A DNA stretch of 64,000 nt from an uncultured Lachnospiraceae bacterium (GTDB lineage: Bacteria; Bacillota; Clostridia; Lachnospirales; Lachnospiraceae): the NCBI GenBank assembly GCA_947624815.1, contig CANQME010000002.1, positions 4,261 to 68,260 of the forward strand, read 5' to 3'. The translations under genes were made by a program, and so were the position numbers. The notes below the pieces were generated by a model that saw only the letters and a list, made by a program, of their open reading frames with translations, was not told the DNA's origin and did no database searches. Below, piece after piece: positions 38,636 through 49,025 of this stretch (positions are counted from its first letter, which is position 1; each line of letters opens with the position of its first letter).

Positions 38636-39234
38636 TCTCTGCCGCCTCCTTCCGCGTCCCGCAGCGCGGGCGCTGTCTGTAATTGTCTGATGATCTCTTC
38701 CGCGATCTCCTCCGGCGTCCGGCCGTCCGTATCCACCGCCAGGTGCGCCGTTTCCTCATAGACCGGCCCTCGCCGGGCCAGAAGCTCCTTCGCCTTCTGC
38801 TGCCGGTCGCCGCCGGCCAGAAGCGGTCTCGTGGTATCCCCGGCCAGCCGTTCGCATACGGTCTCCGGCTTCGTCCTCAGATAGACGACCCGCCCAAGGC
38901 TGCGCAGCGCCCGGCGGTTCTCTTCCCGCATCGGCATCCCGCCGCCTGTGGAGATGATCACCGGCTGCCGTCTCTGGGCAAGCCCCTCCAGCACCTCCGT
39001 CTCCGCGGTGCGGAACGCGTCCTCCCCGCGGACGGCGAAGATCTCGCTGATCGTCATCCCGGCCCTGGCTTCGATCATGGCGTCCGTGTCCAGAAGCTGC
39101 CGCGACAGCTTCCGCGAAAGCCACCGGCCGATCGTGGACTTGCCAGCTCCCATAAAGCCGATCAGAATGATATGCTGCCCGCCGCCCGCCGCCATCTCCG
39201 GCGCCGGACGCGCGGTCCTCCTGTTCTCATCCAT
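38632..39234 (-). CDS. aroK: Shikimate kinase
   Basis: IGFMGAGKST, DTD, FRTAE, STGGG, RPLL. Start position uncertain. Confidence 0.9.
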   Translation of the reverse strand: MDENRRTARPAPEMAAGGGQHIILIGFMGAGKSTIGRWLSRKLSRQLLDTDAMIEARAGMTISEIFAVRGEDAFRTAETEVLEGLAQRRQPVIISTGGGMPMREENRRALRSLGRVVYLRTKPETVCERLAGDTTRPLLAGGDRQQKAKELLARRGPVYEETAHLAVDTDGRTPEEIAEEIIRQLQTAPALRDAEGGGRE

Positions 39235-40198
39235 GCAGCCGCTCCTCCATTCCCGCGCGGACCCTGTCCACGACCTCCCTCGGTACCCGAAGGCCCGGGT
39301 TCCACAGCTCAAGCGCCGCCACGCCCTGATAGATCAGCATATCCAGGCCGCCGCAGGCGCGCCCTCCCACCGCCTCCACATATTCCATGAACCGCGTCCG
39401 CGACGGCGTGTAAACGATATCCACCGCCCGGGCGATCTTCCCATAGAACTCCCGATCCTCGATGGGAGCGGCGCCCGTATGCGGATACATGCCCACGCTG
39501 GTGGTCTGGACCGCCAGATAGGAGCTGCCCGGAAGCTGCCGCCACTGGTCAAGCGCAAGTACCCGAACCTCCGGCGCGGCTGTCCGGCCCGTCTTCTCCG
39601 CCATCCTTCTCATCGATTCCGCCAGCGCCTGCGCCTTGTCAGGACTCCGGTTCAGGATCGCGACCGACGCCGCGCCTTCCCGAACCATCAGATACGCCGC
39701 CGCGCTTGCCGCGCCTCCGGCGCCGATCAGCAGGCAGTCCTGCCCGCCGATCTCCATGCCCTGCTCCCGCATCGTGCGGTACAGACCCTCGGCGTCCGTA
39801 TTGTATCCTTTATAACCTGTCAACCCTGTTTCCTCGTCTGAGGGTACCGTTTCATCCGTCCTTTTGCCGGATCCGTTCTGCCGTTCCACGGCCGCGGGAC
39901 CACCCTGCGTCAGACGTACCAGCGTGTTGCACGCGCCGATGCAACGTACCGATTCATCCGTCTCCGTCAGAAACGGAATGACACGCTGCTTATAAGGCAC
40001 CGTCACATTCAGCCCTGCAAACCCAAGGGCATAGGCGCCGCGGACCGCGTCGCCGACCCTGTCCTCCGCCACTGCACAGGGTACATAGATATAGTCAAGG
40101 CCCATGGCCTTCGCGATCTCATTATGCATATACGGCGAAAGGGAATGCCCCACCGGGTTCCCGATCACGCCGCAGACCATCGCATTTCCGGTAATCAT
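39227..40198 (-). CDS. aroE: Shikimate dehydrogenase
   Basis: GNPVGHSLSP, NVTVPYK, GACNT, NTD, GAGGAA, MLIYQG. Confidence 0.93.
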   Translation of the reverse strand: MITGNAMVCGVIGNPVGHSLSPYMHNEIAKAMGLDYIYVPCAVAEDRVGDAVRGAYALGFAGLNVTVPYKQRVIPFLTETDESVRCIGACNTLVRLTQGGPAAVERQNGSGKRTDETVPSDEETGLTGYKGYNTDAEGLYRTMREQGMEIGGQDCLLIGAGGAASAAAYLMVREGAASVAILNRSPDKAQALAESMRRMAEKTGRTAAPEVRVLALDQWRQLPGSSYLAVQTTSVGMYPHTGAAPIEDREFYGKIARAVDIVYTPSRTRFMEYVEAVGGRACGGLDMLIYQGVAALELWNPGLRVPREVVDRVRAGMEERLHG

Positions 40199-40723
40199 TC
40201 AGTTTTCCTCCGATATTCCTGATCCTTCGGTCCTTCTCCTTTGATAGAAGAACAGCACCACTGCCTCCAGATACCGTTTGAACACGATCTGGATCTCCTC
40301 ATGGGGATCGATGGGCTTCGTCAGATAGGTCCGGATCCCGGCCCGGTTGGCTCCGTACACATCCGTGAAGATCTGATCCCCCACGAATATGGTTGTGTCC
40401 CGGCCGGTACCCATAAGCGTCATGGCCCGCTCATACCCCTTCACGCCCGGCTTGCCCGCCTTGTGGATATAAGGCGAATCCACCTGCTGCGCGAACGGCT
40501 TCACCCGCGGTTCCTTGTTGTTGGACAGAATGCAGGTCTTCATGCCCATCCGGTGAAACCGCTCAAAAAGCGCGAGGGCCCTCTGATCTGCAGGGGCCCC
40601 ATGGGGAACCAGGGTATTATCGATATCGAAGATAATCCCCCGGACGCCTTGTTCAAATAACTTCTCGTACGGAATCTCATAGGCGGAATCCGCCCATACA
40701 TCCGGATATAACAGTTCAAGCAT
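40199..40723 (-). CDS. yqeG: YqeG family HAD IIIA phosphatase
   Basis: FDIDNTL, SNN, AGKP, VGDQIFTDV.GANRAG. Confidence 0.9.
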   Translation of the reverse strand: MLELLYPDVWADSAYEIPYEKLFEQGVRGIIFDIDNTLVPHGAPADQRALALFERFHRMGMKTCILSNNKEPRVKPFAQQVDSPYIHKAGKPGVKGYERAMTLMGTGRDTTIFVGDQIFTDVYGANRAGIRTYLTKPIDPHEEIQIVFKRYLEAVVLFFYQRRRTEGSGISEEN

Positions 40724-40742
40724 GCTGCCTCCGCGGTCCGTC

Positions 40743-41195
40743 CTATTTCTTCAGAAGCTTCCCGATCTCGTCGATAAATGTGTTCACGTCCTTGAATTCC
40801 CGGTACACGGAAGCAAAACGGACGTAAGCGACCTCGTCCAGCTCCTTAAGGCCCGCCATGACCAGCTCGCCGATCACCGACGTGGCCACTTCCTTCTCCT
40901 CCAGATTGAACACGTCGGACTCCACCTCGTTGATCAGCACGTCGATCTGCTGGGGCGATACCGGACGCTTGTGGCAGGAGCGCAGGATTCCGGCCTCGAT
41001 CTTCGACCGGTCGTAGACCTCGCGGGTCCCGTCCTTCTTGACCACCATCAGGGGCATGGTCTCCAGCTTCTCATACGTGGTGAACCTCTTGCCGCAGCTC
41101 TCGCACTGGCGTCTGCGGCGGATGGCGGAATTCTCCTCCGCCGGGCGTGAGTCGATCACCTTCGTATTGTCTTCATTGCAGTATGGGCATTTCAT
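40743..41195 (-). CDS. nrdR: Transcriptional repressor NrdR
   Basis: MKCPYC...VIDSR...IRRRRQC..C..RFTTYE, VAYVRFASVYR. Confidence 0.97.
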   Translation of the reverse strand: MKCPYCNEDNTKVIDSRPAEENSAIRRRRQCESCGKRFTTYEKLETMPLMVVKKDGTREVYDRSKIEAGILRSCHKRPVSPQQIDVLINEVESDVFNLEEKEVATSVIGELVMAGLKELDEVAYVRFASVYREFKDVNTFIDEIGKLLKK

Positions 41196-41303
41196 ATGCT
41201 GTTCCCTCCAATGTATCGGATATCCGGCAGTCCCGGCGCATCTGCCGGTCTGCTGTCATTTTACACAATGCCTTGCCGGCTTTCTGGGAAATTCCATCCG
41301 GCC

Positions 41304-41885
41304 TCAGGCGCCGCCGCGTCCCGGTCCCAGATTGCCCTGCATATGGTGCCTGCGGCACAGGGAAATGTACCGGTCGTTGCCGCCCATCATCACCTGCTCG
41401 CCCTCGCGGACCATATGGCCGTCCTCTCCGATCCTGGCGTTGCAGGTAGCGGCCCTGCCGCACCAGCAGACGGTCTTGATCTCCTCGATCTTATCTGCCC
41501 AGGCCATGAGCCACAGGCTCCCCTCGAAGAACTCCCTCCGAAAATCCGTCCGCAGCCCGTAGCAGATCACCGGCACCTCCAGATCGTCCACGATATGGAC
41601 CAGGAATTCCACCTGGGCCTTGGTAGCAAACTGGGCCTCGTCCACGATGACGCAGTCGAATTTCTTCAGATCCTCATCGCTCATGGCCGTCAGCTGCTCC
41701 AGAAGAATGCCCTCTTTGGCCAGGCCGATCCGCGAACGGATCGTATAATCGCCGTCCCGGCTGTCCAGCTTCGGCTTGACCAGAAGCGCCTTCTTCCCTC
41801 TCTCATAGTAATTATACTCGACCATCAGGGCGTTCGCCGTCTTGGAACTGCCCATGGCGCCATAGCGGAAATACAGTTTCGCCAT
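41304..41885 (-). CDS. tdk: Thymidine kinase
   Basis: LYFRYGAMGSSKT, VDEAQF, YGLRTDF, zinc-binding Cys residues. Confidence 0.93.
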   Translation of the reverse strand: MAKLYFRYGAMGSSKTANALMVEYNYYERGKKALLVKPKLDSRDGDYTIRSRIGLAKEGILLEQLTAMSDEDLKKFDCVIVDEAQFATKAQVEFLVHIVDDLEVPVICYGLRTDFRREFFEGSLWLMAWADKIEEIKTVCWCGRAATCNARIGEDGHMVREGEQVMMGGNDRYISLCRRHHMQGNLGPGRGGA

Positions 41886-41945
41886 ATCGTTCTCCTCTCT
41901 GCTTCCTGCCGCGCGCGTCCGTCCCCGGCCGGCCGCATCCGCCGC

Positions 41946-42443
41946 CTATTCCGTCACAAACGGGATCTGCCGCGCCCTCAGGTACTTCTCCACTGCCTCG
42001 TCCCAGGCACGGTCCAGGCTTTTGTCCATCGTAAAATAATTCACCGCCGTTCCGGTCACGCACCGAAGCACCCCGTCCTCGTAGCGCACGTTCAGATACA
42101 GGCCCTTCACCTGCTCCGCCCGCATGTCCACGCCGTTATCGGACAGGAAACGCTCCGTCGCGGCGGCCGGATACTGGAATACGATCCGGAAGCTTTCCGG
42201 CAGCTTCTTTCCCCGGATCAGCGAATAGCAGAACGGCTTCACCGCCGTCCACAGGGAATATTCCTCGATCCGTTCCTCTTCAAGCTCCTCTTCCGTAAAA
42301 TATCCCTGGCGGATCTTCCCGTCGACCGTAAACACATTAAAAGTGACGATCACCGCCTCCCGCAGGAAGAAGCGGTCGAACAGTGTGCCGACAAACAGCT
42401 CCGATGTAAACCTTTTCTGATCCTCGATCCGATACGCGACCAT
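41946..42443 (-). CDS. Conserved hypothetical protein (DUF5721-like)
   Basis: FDRFFLREAVIVTFNVFTVDG, LIRGKKLP..F, FTMDKSLD..WD resemble a Lachnospiraceae family. Confidence 0.7.
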   Translation of the reverse strand: MVAYRIEDQKRFTSELFVGTLFDRFFLREAVIVTFNVFTVDGKIRQGYFTEEELEEERIEEYSLWTAVKPFCYSLIRGKKLPESFRIVFQYPAAATERFLSDNGVDMRAEQVKGLYLNVRYEDGVLRCVTGTAVNYFTMDKSLDRAWDEAVEKYLRARQIPFVTE

Positions 42444-42618
42444 CTGCCCTCTCCCGTCATGCTCCGCGCCGCGCATTCCTGCACGCCGCGCCGTTATTTC
42501 CTATTCTATCTTAATATCGGCCTTATTTCAACTAAAACTTGCAGGACCTGCCGCAGTTGTGCTATACTGGATTCGCTTTCCTGAAATCATCAATTTCGAT
42601 CAACATAAGGAGCCTGTT

Positions 42619-43914
42619 ATGAATATTTCTGAAGATACGAAACAGTTAATGACCCTTCTGGATGCCGCCGTTTCTCCGTTCCACTGTATTCAGGAGGCGG
42701 CCCGCATCCTAACCGCGGCCGGCTTTACCCGTCTGGAGCTGACGGACCGCTGGGAGCTTAAGCCGGGCTGCGGCTACTTCCTGCCTCTGTTCGGTTCGAC
42801 GCTGGCGGCCTTTACCGTCGGCGAAGATATGACCGGACGTCCTTCGCTCCGCCTGGAAGCGGCCCATACCGACTGGCCGTGCCTGCGCGTAAAGCCGTCG
42901 CCTGAGGTCGCCTCGGAGCGTTACGGCCGTCTGAACGTGGAGGTCTACGGTTCGCCGATCCTTAACACCTGGCTGGACCGGCCCCTGTCCATGGCGGGCC
43001 GGTTAAGCGTCGCCGGACCCGATCCGTTTCAGCCTGATATCCGTCTCGTCGATTTCAGGGAACCGTTACTGACGATCCCCAACCTGGCGATCCATATGAA
43101 TCCGGAGGCCAATGACGGCGTCAGGCTTAATCCGCAGGTGGATATGCTGCCTCTCATGACCCTGATCGCCGGCGGCCAGGACAAGGACCGTTTCTTCCTC
43201 GACCGTCTGGCCGCAGAGGCCGGATGCGCGCCGGAGGAGATCCTGGACTACGAGCTCAGCGTCTATAACGCGGAGCCCTGCGCGGTCACGGGCTTAAACA
43301 GCGAATTCCTGAGCGCGCCCAGACTTGACAATCTGACCAGCGTCCAGGCCTGCCTTCAGGCCATCACCGCCGGCACGCGCGCAAACGGCGTCAATATGAT
43401 CCTGCTCTTCGACAATGAGGAGATCGGCAGCCGCACCAAACAGGGCGCCTGCTCCTCCGTGACGGAACGCGTCCTGGAGAAGCTCTTCCTGGCTCTGGGA
43501 TACGACCGCGAGACCTATCTGAACGCGGTGATGGACGGATTTCTGCTGTCCATGGACGTCGCCCATGCCATCCATCCCAACCATCCGGAGAAATGCGACA
43601 TCAAGAACCGTATCTGCATGGGCGACGGCGTGGTGCTGAAGATGAGCTCGCGTCAGTCCTACGCCACCGATTCGTCCTGCCTCGGCGTGATCGAGAGTAT
43701 CTGCCGCAGCGCGGATATCCCCTACCGGAAGTTCTCCAACCGTTCGGACATGAGAGGAGGCTCCACACTGGGAGCCATCTCGTCTGCGGAGCTGTCCGTG
43801 AGAACCGTGGATATCGGCGTGCCGATCCTGGCCATGCATTCCTCCAGAGAGGTGATGGCCTGCGCCGACCAGACCGCCATCAACCGTCTAGCTTCCGAAT
43901 TCTTCCTGATATAA
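42619..43914 (+). CDS. M18 family aminopeptidase
   Basis: SPFH, AHTD.P, WLDRPL, RLDNL, DNEEIGS, DVAHA.HPN, GGSTLG, AMHS.RE. Confidence 0.92.
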   Translation: MNISEDTKQLMTLLDAAVSPFHCIQEAARILTAAGFTRLELTDRWELKPGCGYFLPLFGSTLAAFTVGEDMTGRPSLRLEAAHTDWPCLRVKPSPEVASERYGRLNVEVYGSPILNTWLDRPLSMAGRLSVAGPDPFQPDIRLVDFREPLLTIPNLAIHMNPEANDGVRLNPQVDMLPLMTLIAGGQDKDRFFLDRLAAEAGCAPEEILDYELSVYNAEPCAVTGLNSEFLSAPRLDNLTSVQACLQAITAGTRANGVNMILLFDNEEIGSRTKQGACSSVTERVLEKLFLALGYDRETYLNAVMDGFLLSMDVAHAIHPNHPEKCDIKNRICMGDGVVLKMSSRQSYATDSSCLGVIESICRSADIPYRKFSNRSDMRGGSTLGAISSAELSVRTVDIGVPILAMHSSREVMACADQTAINRLASEFFLI

Positions 43915-44919
43915 GGAGAAGAACCCGGTCGTCGTGGAACCGTCGTTTCCGTCGAAACGGATCTCCGGCCAGAAATCTTCCGCGAAGGCGGCCGGACTGT
44001 CCGTCCCAAACTGTTCATTGATCTGACGAAAGACCTGATTCTTGCGTTCCTCGTAGATTCGGGTCTTTCTTAATTCCGTAGCTTCCTCGTCGTAATCGCT
44101 GACGCACCGGATGATATAATACCATCCGCCGCTCTCTACCAGCGGACTGATCTCTCCCGGCGCCAGCGCGAACGCGGCGTTCTCCGCCTCCTCAGGCAGC
44201 TCCCCTCTTCCCAGCTGGCGCTCCGTCTGCTCGCCCTCGCTCGTCTCCCTGGCGATGGACAGGAAATCGCTTCCCTCCTGGCTGATCCGGCGGTAAACCG
44301 CCTCCGCCGATTCCCTGCTGGAGATCTGGATGATCTGAACCGTGATCACCTTGGCCTCGCTGTCGCTGACCTCCAGATCGATCCCCTCGGTCAGGGCACC
44401 GACCGCCTTATTGGCCAGATAATAATCCTGATAAAGCGTCAGAACATCTTCTTCCTCTGCTCCGATGTATTCCCGGTCCTCCTCGGTAAGCCCGTCGTAG
44501 TACCTCTCAGCCAGCGCCCTGAGCCGGCTCTGCTCCGCGCTGGTCAGGACGATCTTCTGCTGTCCGGCCAGCAGATCCATGGTCTTCAGATTGGTGAGGA
44601 ACTCCTTCACCTGATCCAGAAGATAGGCTTCGAACGTTCTTCCATCCTCCAGGGCGACGCTCCAGATCCGGTCCGTATAGACCTCTTCATAACGGTTTCT
44701 CTCCGTGGCCACAATGATCATGGCCTGCGGCTTCGTATAGCCGCCGGAGGACGCCTCCTCCTCATCGAAGGGAAAACCCGCGCCGCAGCCGGACAGCAAA
44801 ACGGCTGAAGCCGTCAGAAGCGCCGCCGCGCTCCGTCCCAGCCTCCGGCCGGCTTTCCATCTATCGTCAAAGCGCGCCCAGGCGCACCGTATCATCCATC
44901 CGAAACGTTCATCTTTCAT
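43888..44919 (-). CDS. PrsA-like lipoprotein with parvulin/rotamase domain
   Basis: Lipobox LLSGC; DFLSIARETSE, AAFALAPGEISPLVES.GWYYII. Confidence 0.75.
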   Translation of the reverse strand: MKDERFGWMIRCAWARFDDRWKAGRRLGRSAAALLTASAVLLSGCGAGFPFDEEEASSGGYTKPQAMIIVATERNRYEEVYTDRIWSVALEDGRTFEAYLLDQVKEFLTNLKTMDLLAGQQKIVLTSAEQSRLRALAERYYDGLTEEDREYIGAEEEDVLTLYQDYYLANKAVGALTEGIDLEVSDSEAKVITVQIIQISSRESAEAVYRRISQEGSDFLSIARETSEGEQTERQLGRGELPEEAENAAFALAPGEISPLVESGGWYYIIRCVSDYDEEATELRKTRIYEERKNQVFRQINEQFGTDSPAAFAEDFWPEIRFDGNDGSTTTGFFSLYQEEFGS

Positions 44920-44943
44920 GAACGGCTCCTTCTTTCCATCAGA

Positions 44944-45732
44944 CTACAACAGCAATTTCAGAATCTTCAGCACGCCGTCGTTCACGTTCGTATCGGCCAG
45001 AAAGCGTGCCGCTGATTTGGCTTCCGGAACCGCATTCCCCACCGCGAAGCTGTAGTATGCCTTCCCAAGCATATCCACGTCGTTCTGCTGGTCGCCGAAC
45101 GCCATCGTCTCCTCAGGACTGATCCCGAGATCCTCCTGAAGTCTCTCGATCCCCCATCCCTTGCTGACGCCGGGCATCACAAAGTCCACCCATCTGTCGC
45201 CGGATACCATAACATGAAGACGGTCCGCGTACTTCTCCCTCAGCCGCGCCGTCTTCCTCCTGATGTCCCCTGCTCCGCTGTACACCGCCATCTTGATGAC
45301 AGGCTTCGTCACGGCGGTCACATCCGCCACTCTCTCCATGGCGAACCGGTATCCGTAGGTAAGCAGATCCAGAAAATCCCGGTCCCTCGTGTCCATATAC
45401 ACGACGTCCGGGCCGCTGACCATGTATTCCAGTCCCGGCTGACGGCGGATATCCTCCACCATCTCCATGGCCAGCTCCCTGTCGAAATAGTTCAGAAACA
45501 ATTCCCGTCCATGACACCCCACATAGGCGCCGTTGTCGGAAATATAGAATATCTTCTCCTTGACCGGAGCAAACAGCTTCTCAATGCTGACCCACTGGCG
45601 CCCGCTGGCTCCGGCGAACTGGACGCCGCGGGCGTGCAGCTCCCTGATCACACCGAAGATCTCCGGATTGATCTCATGGGAACCGTCTCTTACCAATGTG
45701 CCGTCTATATCGGATGCAATCAGTCTGATCAT
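44944..45732 (-). CDS. Cof-type HAD hydrolase
   Basis: ASDIDGTL, ASGR, SKG, AFGDQQND. Confidence 0.9.
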   Translation of the reverse strand: MIRLIASDIDGTLVRDGSHEINPEIFGVIRELHARGVQFAGASGRQWVSIEKLFAPVKEKIFYISDNGAYVGCHGRELFLNYFDRELAMEMVEDIRRQPGLEYMVSGPDVVYMDTRDRDFLDLLTYGYRFAMERVADVTAVTKPVIKMAVYSGAGDIRRKTARLREKYADRLHVMVSGDRWVDFVMPGVSKGWGIERLQEDLGISPEETMAFGDQQNDVDMLGKAYYSFAVGNAVPEAKSAARFLADTNVNDGVLKILKLLL

Positions 45733-45775
45733 TCAAGTCTCCCGCGCCGGCGCCCTTTCCGCGCGCCGGTACGCA

Positions 45776-46234
45776 TCAATACGCCATGCCCACAAGCACC
45801 GCGATCAGAATTCCCAGTACCGCCCCCGCAAATACCTGCAGCGGGGTATGTCCCACGAACTCCTTCAGGCGCTTCTCTACCTCCTGGTTGTCCAGCTTAA
45901 ACCAGTCCTGCTGCACGATCAGATTCAGAAGCTTGGCCTGCTTGCCGGTCTCCTGCCTGACGCCGATGGCGTCATACATGACGATGCTTGCCAACACGAA
46001 GCAGACCGCGAATTCAAACGATTCCAGGCCGTATTTCATGCCGGCGGCCACTGTCAGGGCGCATACCGTGGCCGAATGGGAGCTGGGCATACCTCCGGAG
46101 CCCACCAGCCGCTCGGGCCGGAAGGACCGGTTAAACGCCATATCGATCAGCGTCTTAAGCACCTGGGCCACCGTCCAGCCCACCACGGCGCTGATCAGGA
46201 TCTGGTTGCTTATGATTGCCTGCCATACACCCAT
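45776..46234 (-). CDS. Divergent PAP2 family protein (DUF212)
   Basis: GSGGMPSSHSA, YDAIGVR, LKEFVGHTP.QV. Confidence 0.88.
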   Translation of the reverse strand: MGVWQAIISNQILISAVVGWTVAQVLKTLIDMAFNRSFRPERLVGSGGMPSSHSATVCALTVAAGMKYGLESFEFAVCFVLASIVMYDAIGVRQETGKQAKLLNLIVQQDWFKLDNQEVEKRLKEFVGHTPLQVFAGAVLGILIAVLVGMAY

Positions 46235-46334
46235 ATTCCCACCATCTCTCTTATGTCTGTCCAAACCGCGCGCCTCCTCCGCGTCTCAGCACGGGAATAA
46301 TCGCGCGCCTGCTGTCTCTGCCTGCCGTCCGTCT

Positions 46335-47777
46335 CTATCCGATCAGCCAGTCGTACAGTTCCTGATACTTGAGCGCGGAAGCGTTCCACGAGAAGTCCTG
46401 GGCCATGGCCCGGTCGATCATCTTGTTCCACTCCCGTCTCCTGTCGTAATAGATCTGCTCCGCATAGCGGATCGTGCCCAGCATCTCATGGGCGTTGTAA
46501 TTGGCGAAGGAGAATCCGGTGCCGGTACCCTCGTATTCATTATAGGGCTGCACCGTATCCTTCAGTCCTCCCGTCTCCCTGACGATCGGAAGCGTGCCGT
46601 ACCGAAGCGACATCAGCTGGCTTAAGCCGCAGGGCTCGAACAGGGACGGCATCAGAAATGCGTCGCATGCCGCATAGATCTTATGGGACAGCGGATTCGA
46701 ATAATAGATGTTGGCCGACACCTTGCCCGGATACTTCCAGGCGAAATGACGGAACATGTTCTCATAGCGCTCCTCGCCGGTGCCCAGGACCACCAGCTGC
46801 ACCGCGTCGCGGCACAGATCGTCCATCACATACTGGATCAGATCGAAGCCCTTCTGATCGGTAAGCCTGGATACGATCCCGATCATCATGGTCTTCTCGT
46901 CCTCTTCAAGCCCCAGCTCCTTCTGCAGAGCCTTCTTGTTCTTGATCTTCTCCTTGCGGAAGGTCTGGGCGTTATAATGGGCGACGATGTACTCGTCGGT
47001 CTCCGGGTTGAACTCATCGTAGTCGATTCCGTTGACGATACCCCGCAGACTGTTCGCCCTGGCGCGCATCAGACCGTCCAGATTCTCGCCGTAGAACGGC
47101 ATCTTGATCTCCTCGGCGTAGGTGTCGCTGACCGTGGTAATGGCGTCCGCGTAAACGATTCCGCCCTTTAAGAGATTCCCGTTCTTATAAGCCTCCAGCT
47201 TATCCGGCGTGAAATAGTAATCGGACAGACCGGTAAGCCGCTTGATGGTGTCCACATCCCAGACGCCCTGGAACTTCAGGTTATGGATCGTGATCACGCT
47301 CTTGATGCCGCGGAAGAACTCGCCGCCGGCGAAGCGGTCCTTCAGATACACCGGGATCAGTCCGGTCTGCCAGTCATGGCAGTGGATCAGATCCGGCCTA
47401 AAGCCGATCACCGGAAGCGCCGAAAGCGCCGCGTTGCAGAAGAAGGAGAATTTCTCCAGATCGTAGAGCCAGTCGCCGTAAAGGGTGCTGCCGTTAAAAT
47501 ACCATTCGTTGTCGATGAAATAGAACTTTACGCCCTCGTATTCGCACATCAGAATGCCCACGTAACGGCTCTGTCCCAGATAATCCATATAGAAATGGTC
47601 GATGTAGCTCAGCCGGTCCTTCCACTCCTGCTTCATGCACATATACTTGGGAAGCATGACGCGCACGTCATAATACTCTTTGTTGAAGCACTTCGGAAGC
47701 GAACCGGCCACATCCGCCAGTCCTCCGGTCTTGATAAATGGAACTGCCTCGGATGCGACAAATAAGATCTTCTTCAT
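46335..47777 (-). CDS. glgA: Glycogen synthase
   Basis: PFIKTGGLADV, HCHDWQT, TIHNL, PSLFEPCGLSQ. Confidence 0.96.
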   Translation of the reverse strand: MKKILFVASEAVPFIKTGGLADVAGSLPKCFNKEYYDVRVMLPKYMCMKQEWKDRLSYIDHFYMDYLGQSRYVGILMCEYEGVKFYFIDNEWYFNGSTLYGDWLYDLEKFSFFCNAALSALPVIGFRPDLIHCHDWQTGLIPVYLKDRFAGGEFFRGIKSVITIHNLKFQGVWDVDTIKRLTGLSDYYFTPDKLEAYKNGNLLKGGIVYADAITTVSDTYAEEIKMPFYGENLDGLMRARANSLRGIVNGIDYDEFNPETDEYIVAHYNAQTFRKEKIKNKKALQKELGLEEDEKTMMIGIVSRLTDQKGFDLIQYVMDDLCRDAVQLVVLGTGEERYENMFRHFAWKYPGKVSANIYYSNPLSHKIYAACDAFLMPSLFEPCGLSQLMSLRYGTLPIVRETGGLKDTVQPYNEYEGTGTGFSFANYNAHEMLGTIRYAEQIYYDRRREWNKMIDRAMAQDFSWNASALKYQELYDWLIG

Positions 47778-48033
47778 GAAAATACCCTCCTCCGGTTGTG
47801 AATACTGCATACTGATATGGCGCAGTCCAACTGACGCCGCCCCGTTTACAAAAACGAAGAACTGCGCGGCAAACAACCGCAGCGTATGCCGCGCAGTACG
47901 CATATAAACCCCTTACAGACATAGTATACAATACTTTTTCCGAATTAGGAAGTACATTCTTTGAAGTTTTGTGTGAAGTTTGCCAGATTGGCTTACAGTG
48001 GGCCGTCCGCGGTGCAGACCCCGCTGCCATGAA

Positions 48034-48846
48034 TTACATCCGCTTATAATCCAGCCGGATCTTGTCGGACAGTAATGCGATAAACTCAGAATTGGTCGGC
48101 TTTCCTTTGCCGTTGCTGACGGTATAGCCGAATATCTCATTGATCGTGTCCATCTTGCCCCTGCTCCACGCCACCTCGATGGCATGACGGATCGCCCGCT
48201 CGACGCGGCTCGGCGTGGTCTGGTGCTTCTTCGCGATATTGGGATACAGCACCTTCGTCACCGACGCCAGCATATCCTGATCGCAGACCGAAGAGATGAT
48301 CGCGTCGCGCAGGTACTGGTAGCCCTTGATATGGGCCGGTACGCCGATCTCATGGAGGATCTGCGTCACGTCGTTCTCCAGATTCTGCTCCATATACTCC
48401 ACCTGATTCTCATAAGGACGGATCTTGCGCGAATGCGGCAGGGACATCCCCTTCGGCTTCGAAGCGCTGCCGGCCAGACGGCGCACCTTATCCACGACCA
48501 CCTCGCGGGTAAACGGCTTCATGATAAAGTAGTTCGCGCCCAGGCGAAACGCATCCTCGGTCACATTCTCGCTTCCGGCCGCGGATACCATGATAAACGA
48601 GGGCTTCTTCGTCAGCTTTTCTTCGTTTTTGACCTTTTCCATGACCGTAAGGCCATCCATGCCCGGCATGATCACGTCCAGAAGGACGACGTCCGGTTTG
48701 GTGGAAACGATCATCTCATAGGCTTCGTCTCCTGTCTCTGCCTTCCCTACGATCTGGATGCCATCCTCCTCAGACAGCATCTGATTCAGGAGATCTAATG
48801 TTTTCGGGTTGTCCTCTGCGATTGCTACGCTCAGAGTGGGTGTCAT
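48034..48846 (-). CDS. spo0A: Sporulation master regulator Spo0A
   Basis: Receiver LLDVIMP; [43 protein letters not shown]. Confidence 0.97.
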   Translation of the reverse strand: MTPTLSVAIAEDNPKTLDLLNQMLSEEDGIQIVGKAETGDEAYEMIVSTKPDVVLLDVIMPGMDGLTVMEKVKNEEKLTKKPSFIMVSAAGSENVTEDAFRLGANYFIMKPFTREVVVDKVRRLAGSASKPKGMSLPHSRKIRPYENQVEYMEQNLENDVTQILHEIGVPAHIKGYQYLRDAIISSVCDQDMLASVTKVLYPNIAKKHQTTPSRVERAIRHAIEVAWSRGKMDTINEIFGYTVSNGKGKPTNSEFIALLSDKIRLDYKRM

Positions 48847-48909
48847 GGTTTGTCCTCCTTTTTGGTTCGTCTGTAACTGCAAAATTCGGGGACAGTTACG
48901 TGTATTTCG

Positions 48910-48963
48910 ATTATAAACGCGCGGATAGGCCGGTGCAAATGGATTCTATCGCAAGTTTCGACA
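48910..48963 (-). promoter_or_regulatory. spo0A sigma-A promoter with upstream 0A box
   Basis: TTGCAC-17 bp-TATAAT (48938-48910); TGTCGAA at 48963-48957. Confidence 0.65.
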
Positions 48964-48974
48964 AGTTTAGGGCC

Positions 48975-49018
48975 AAAAAATATCCCCGTCCGCCGTTAAA
49001 CCAGGCGGCGGACGGGGA
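48975..49018 (-). terminator. Terminator after the glycosidase cluster
   Basis: tccccgtccgccg ... cggcggacgggga plus T-tract on the minus strand. Confidence 0.75.
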
Positions 49019-49025
49019 ATTCCTG

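Noticed and set aside
43888-43914. 27-bp convergent overlap of the aminopeptidase and PrsA-like genes
   Set aside because: Short tail-to-tail overlaps are common; no sign of special function.
47790-47840. sigma-E/K sporulation promoter for glgA
   Set aside because: Only a weak CATA-like -10 with no convincing -35.
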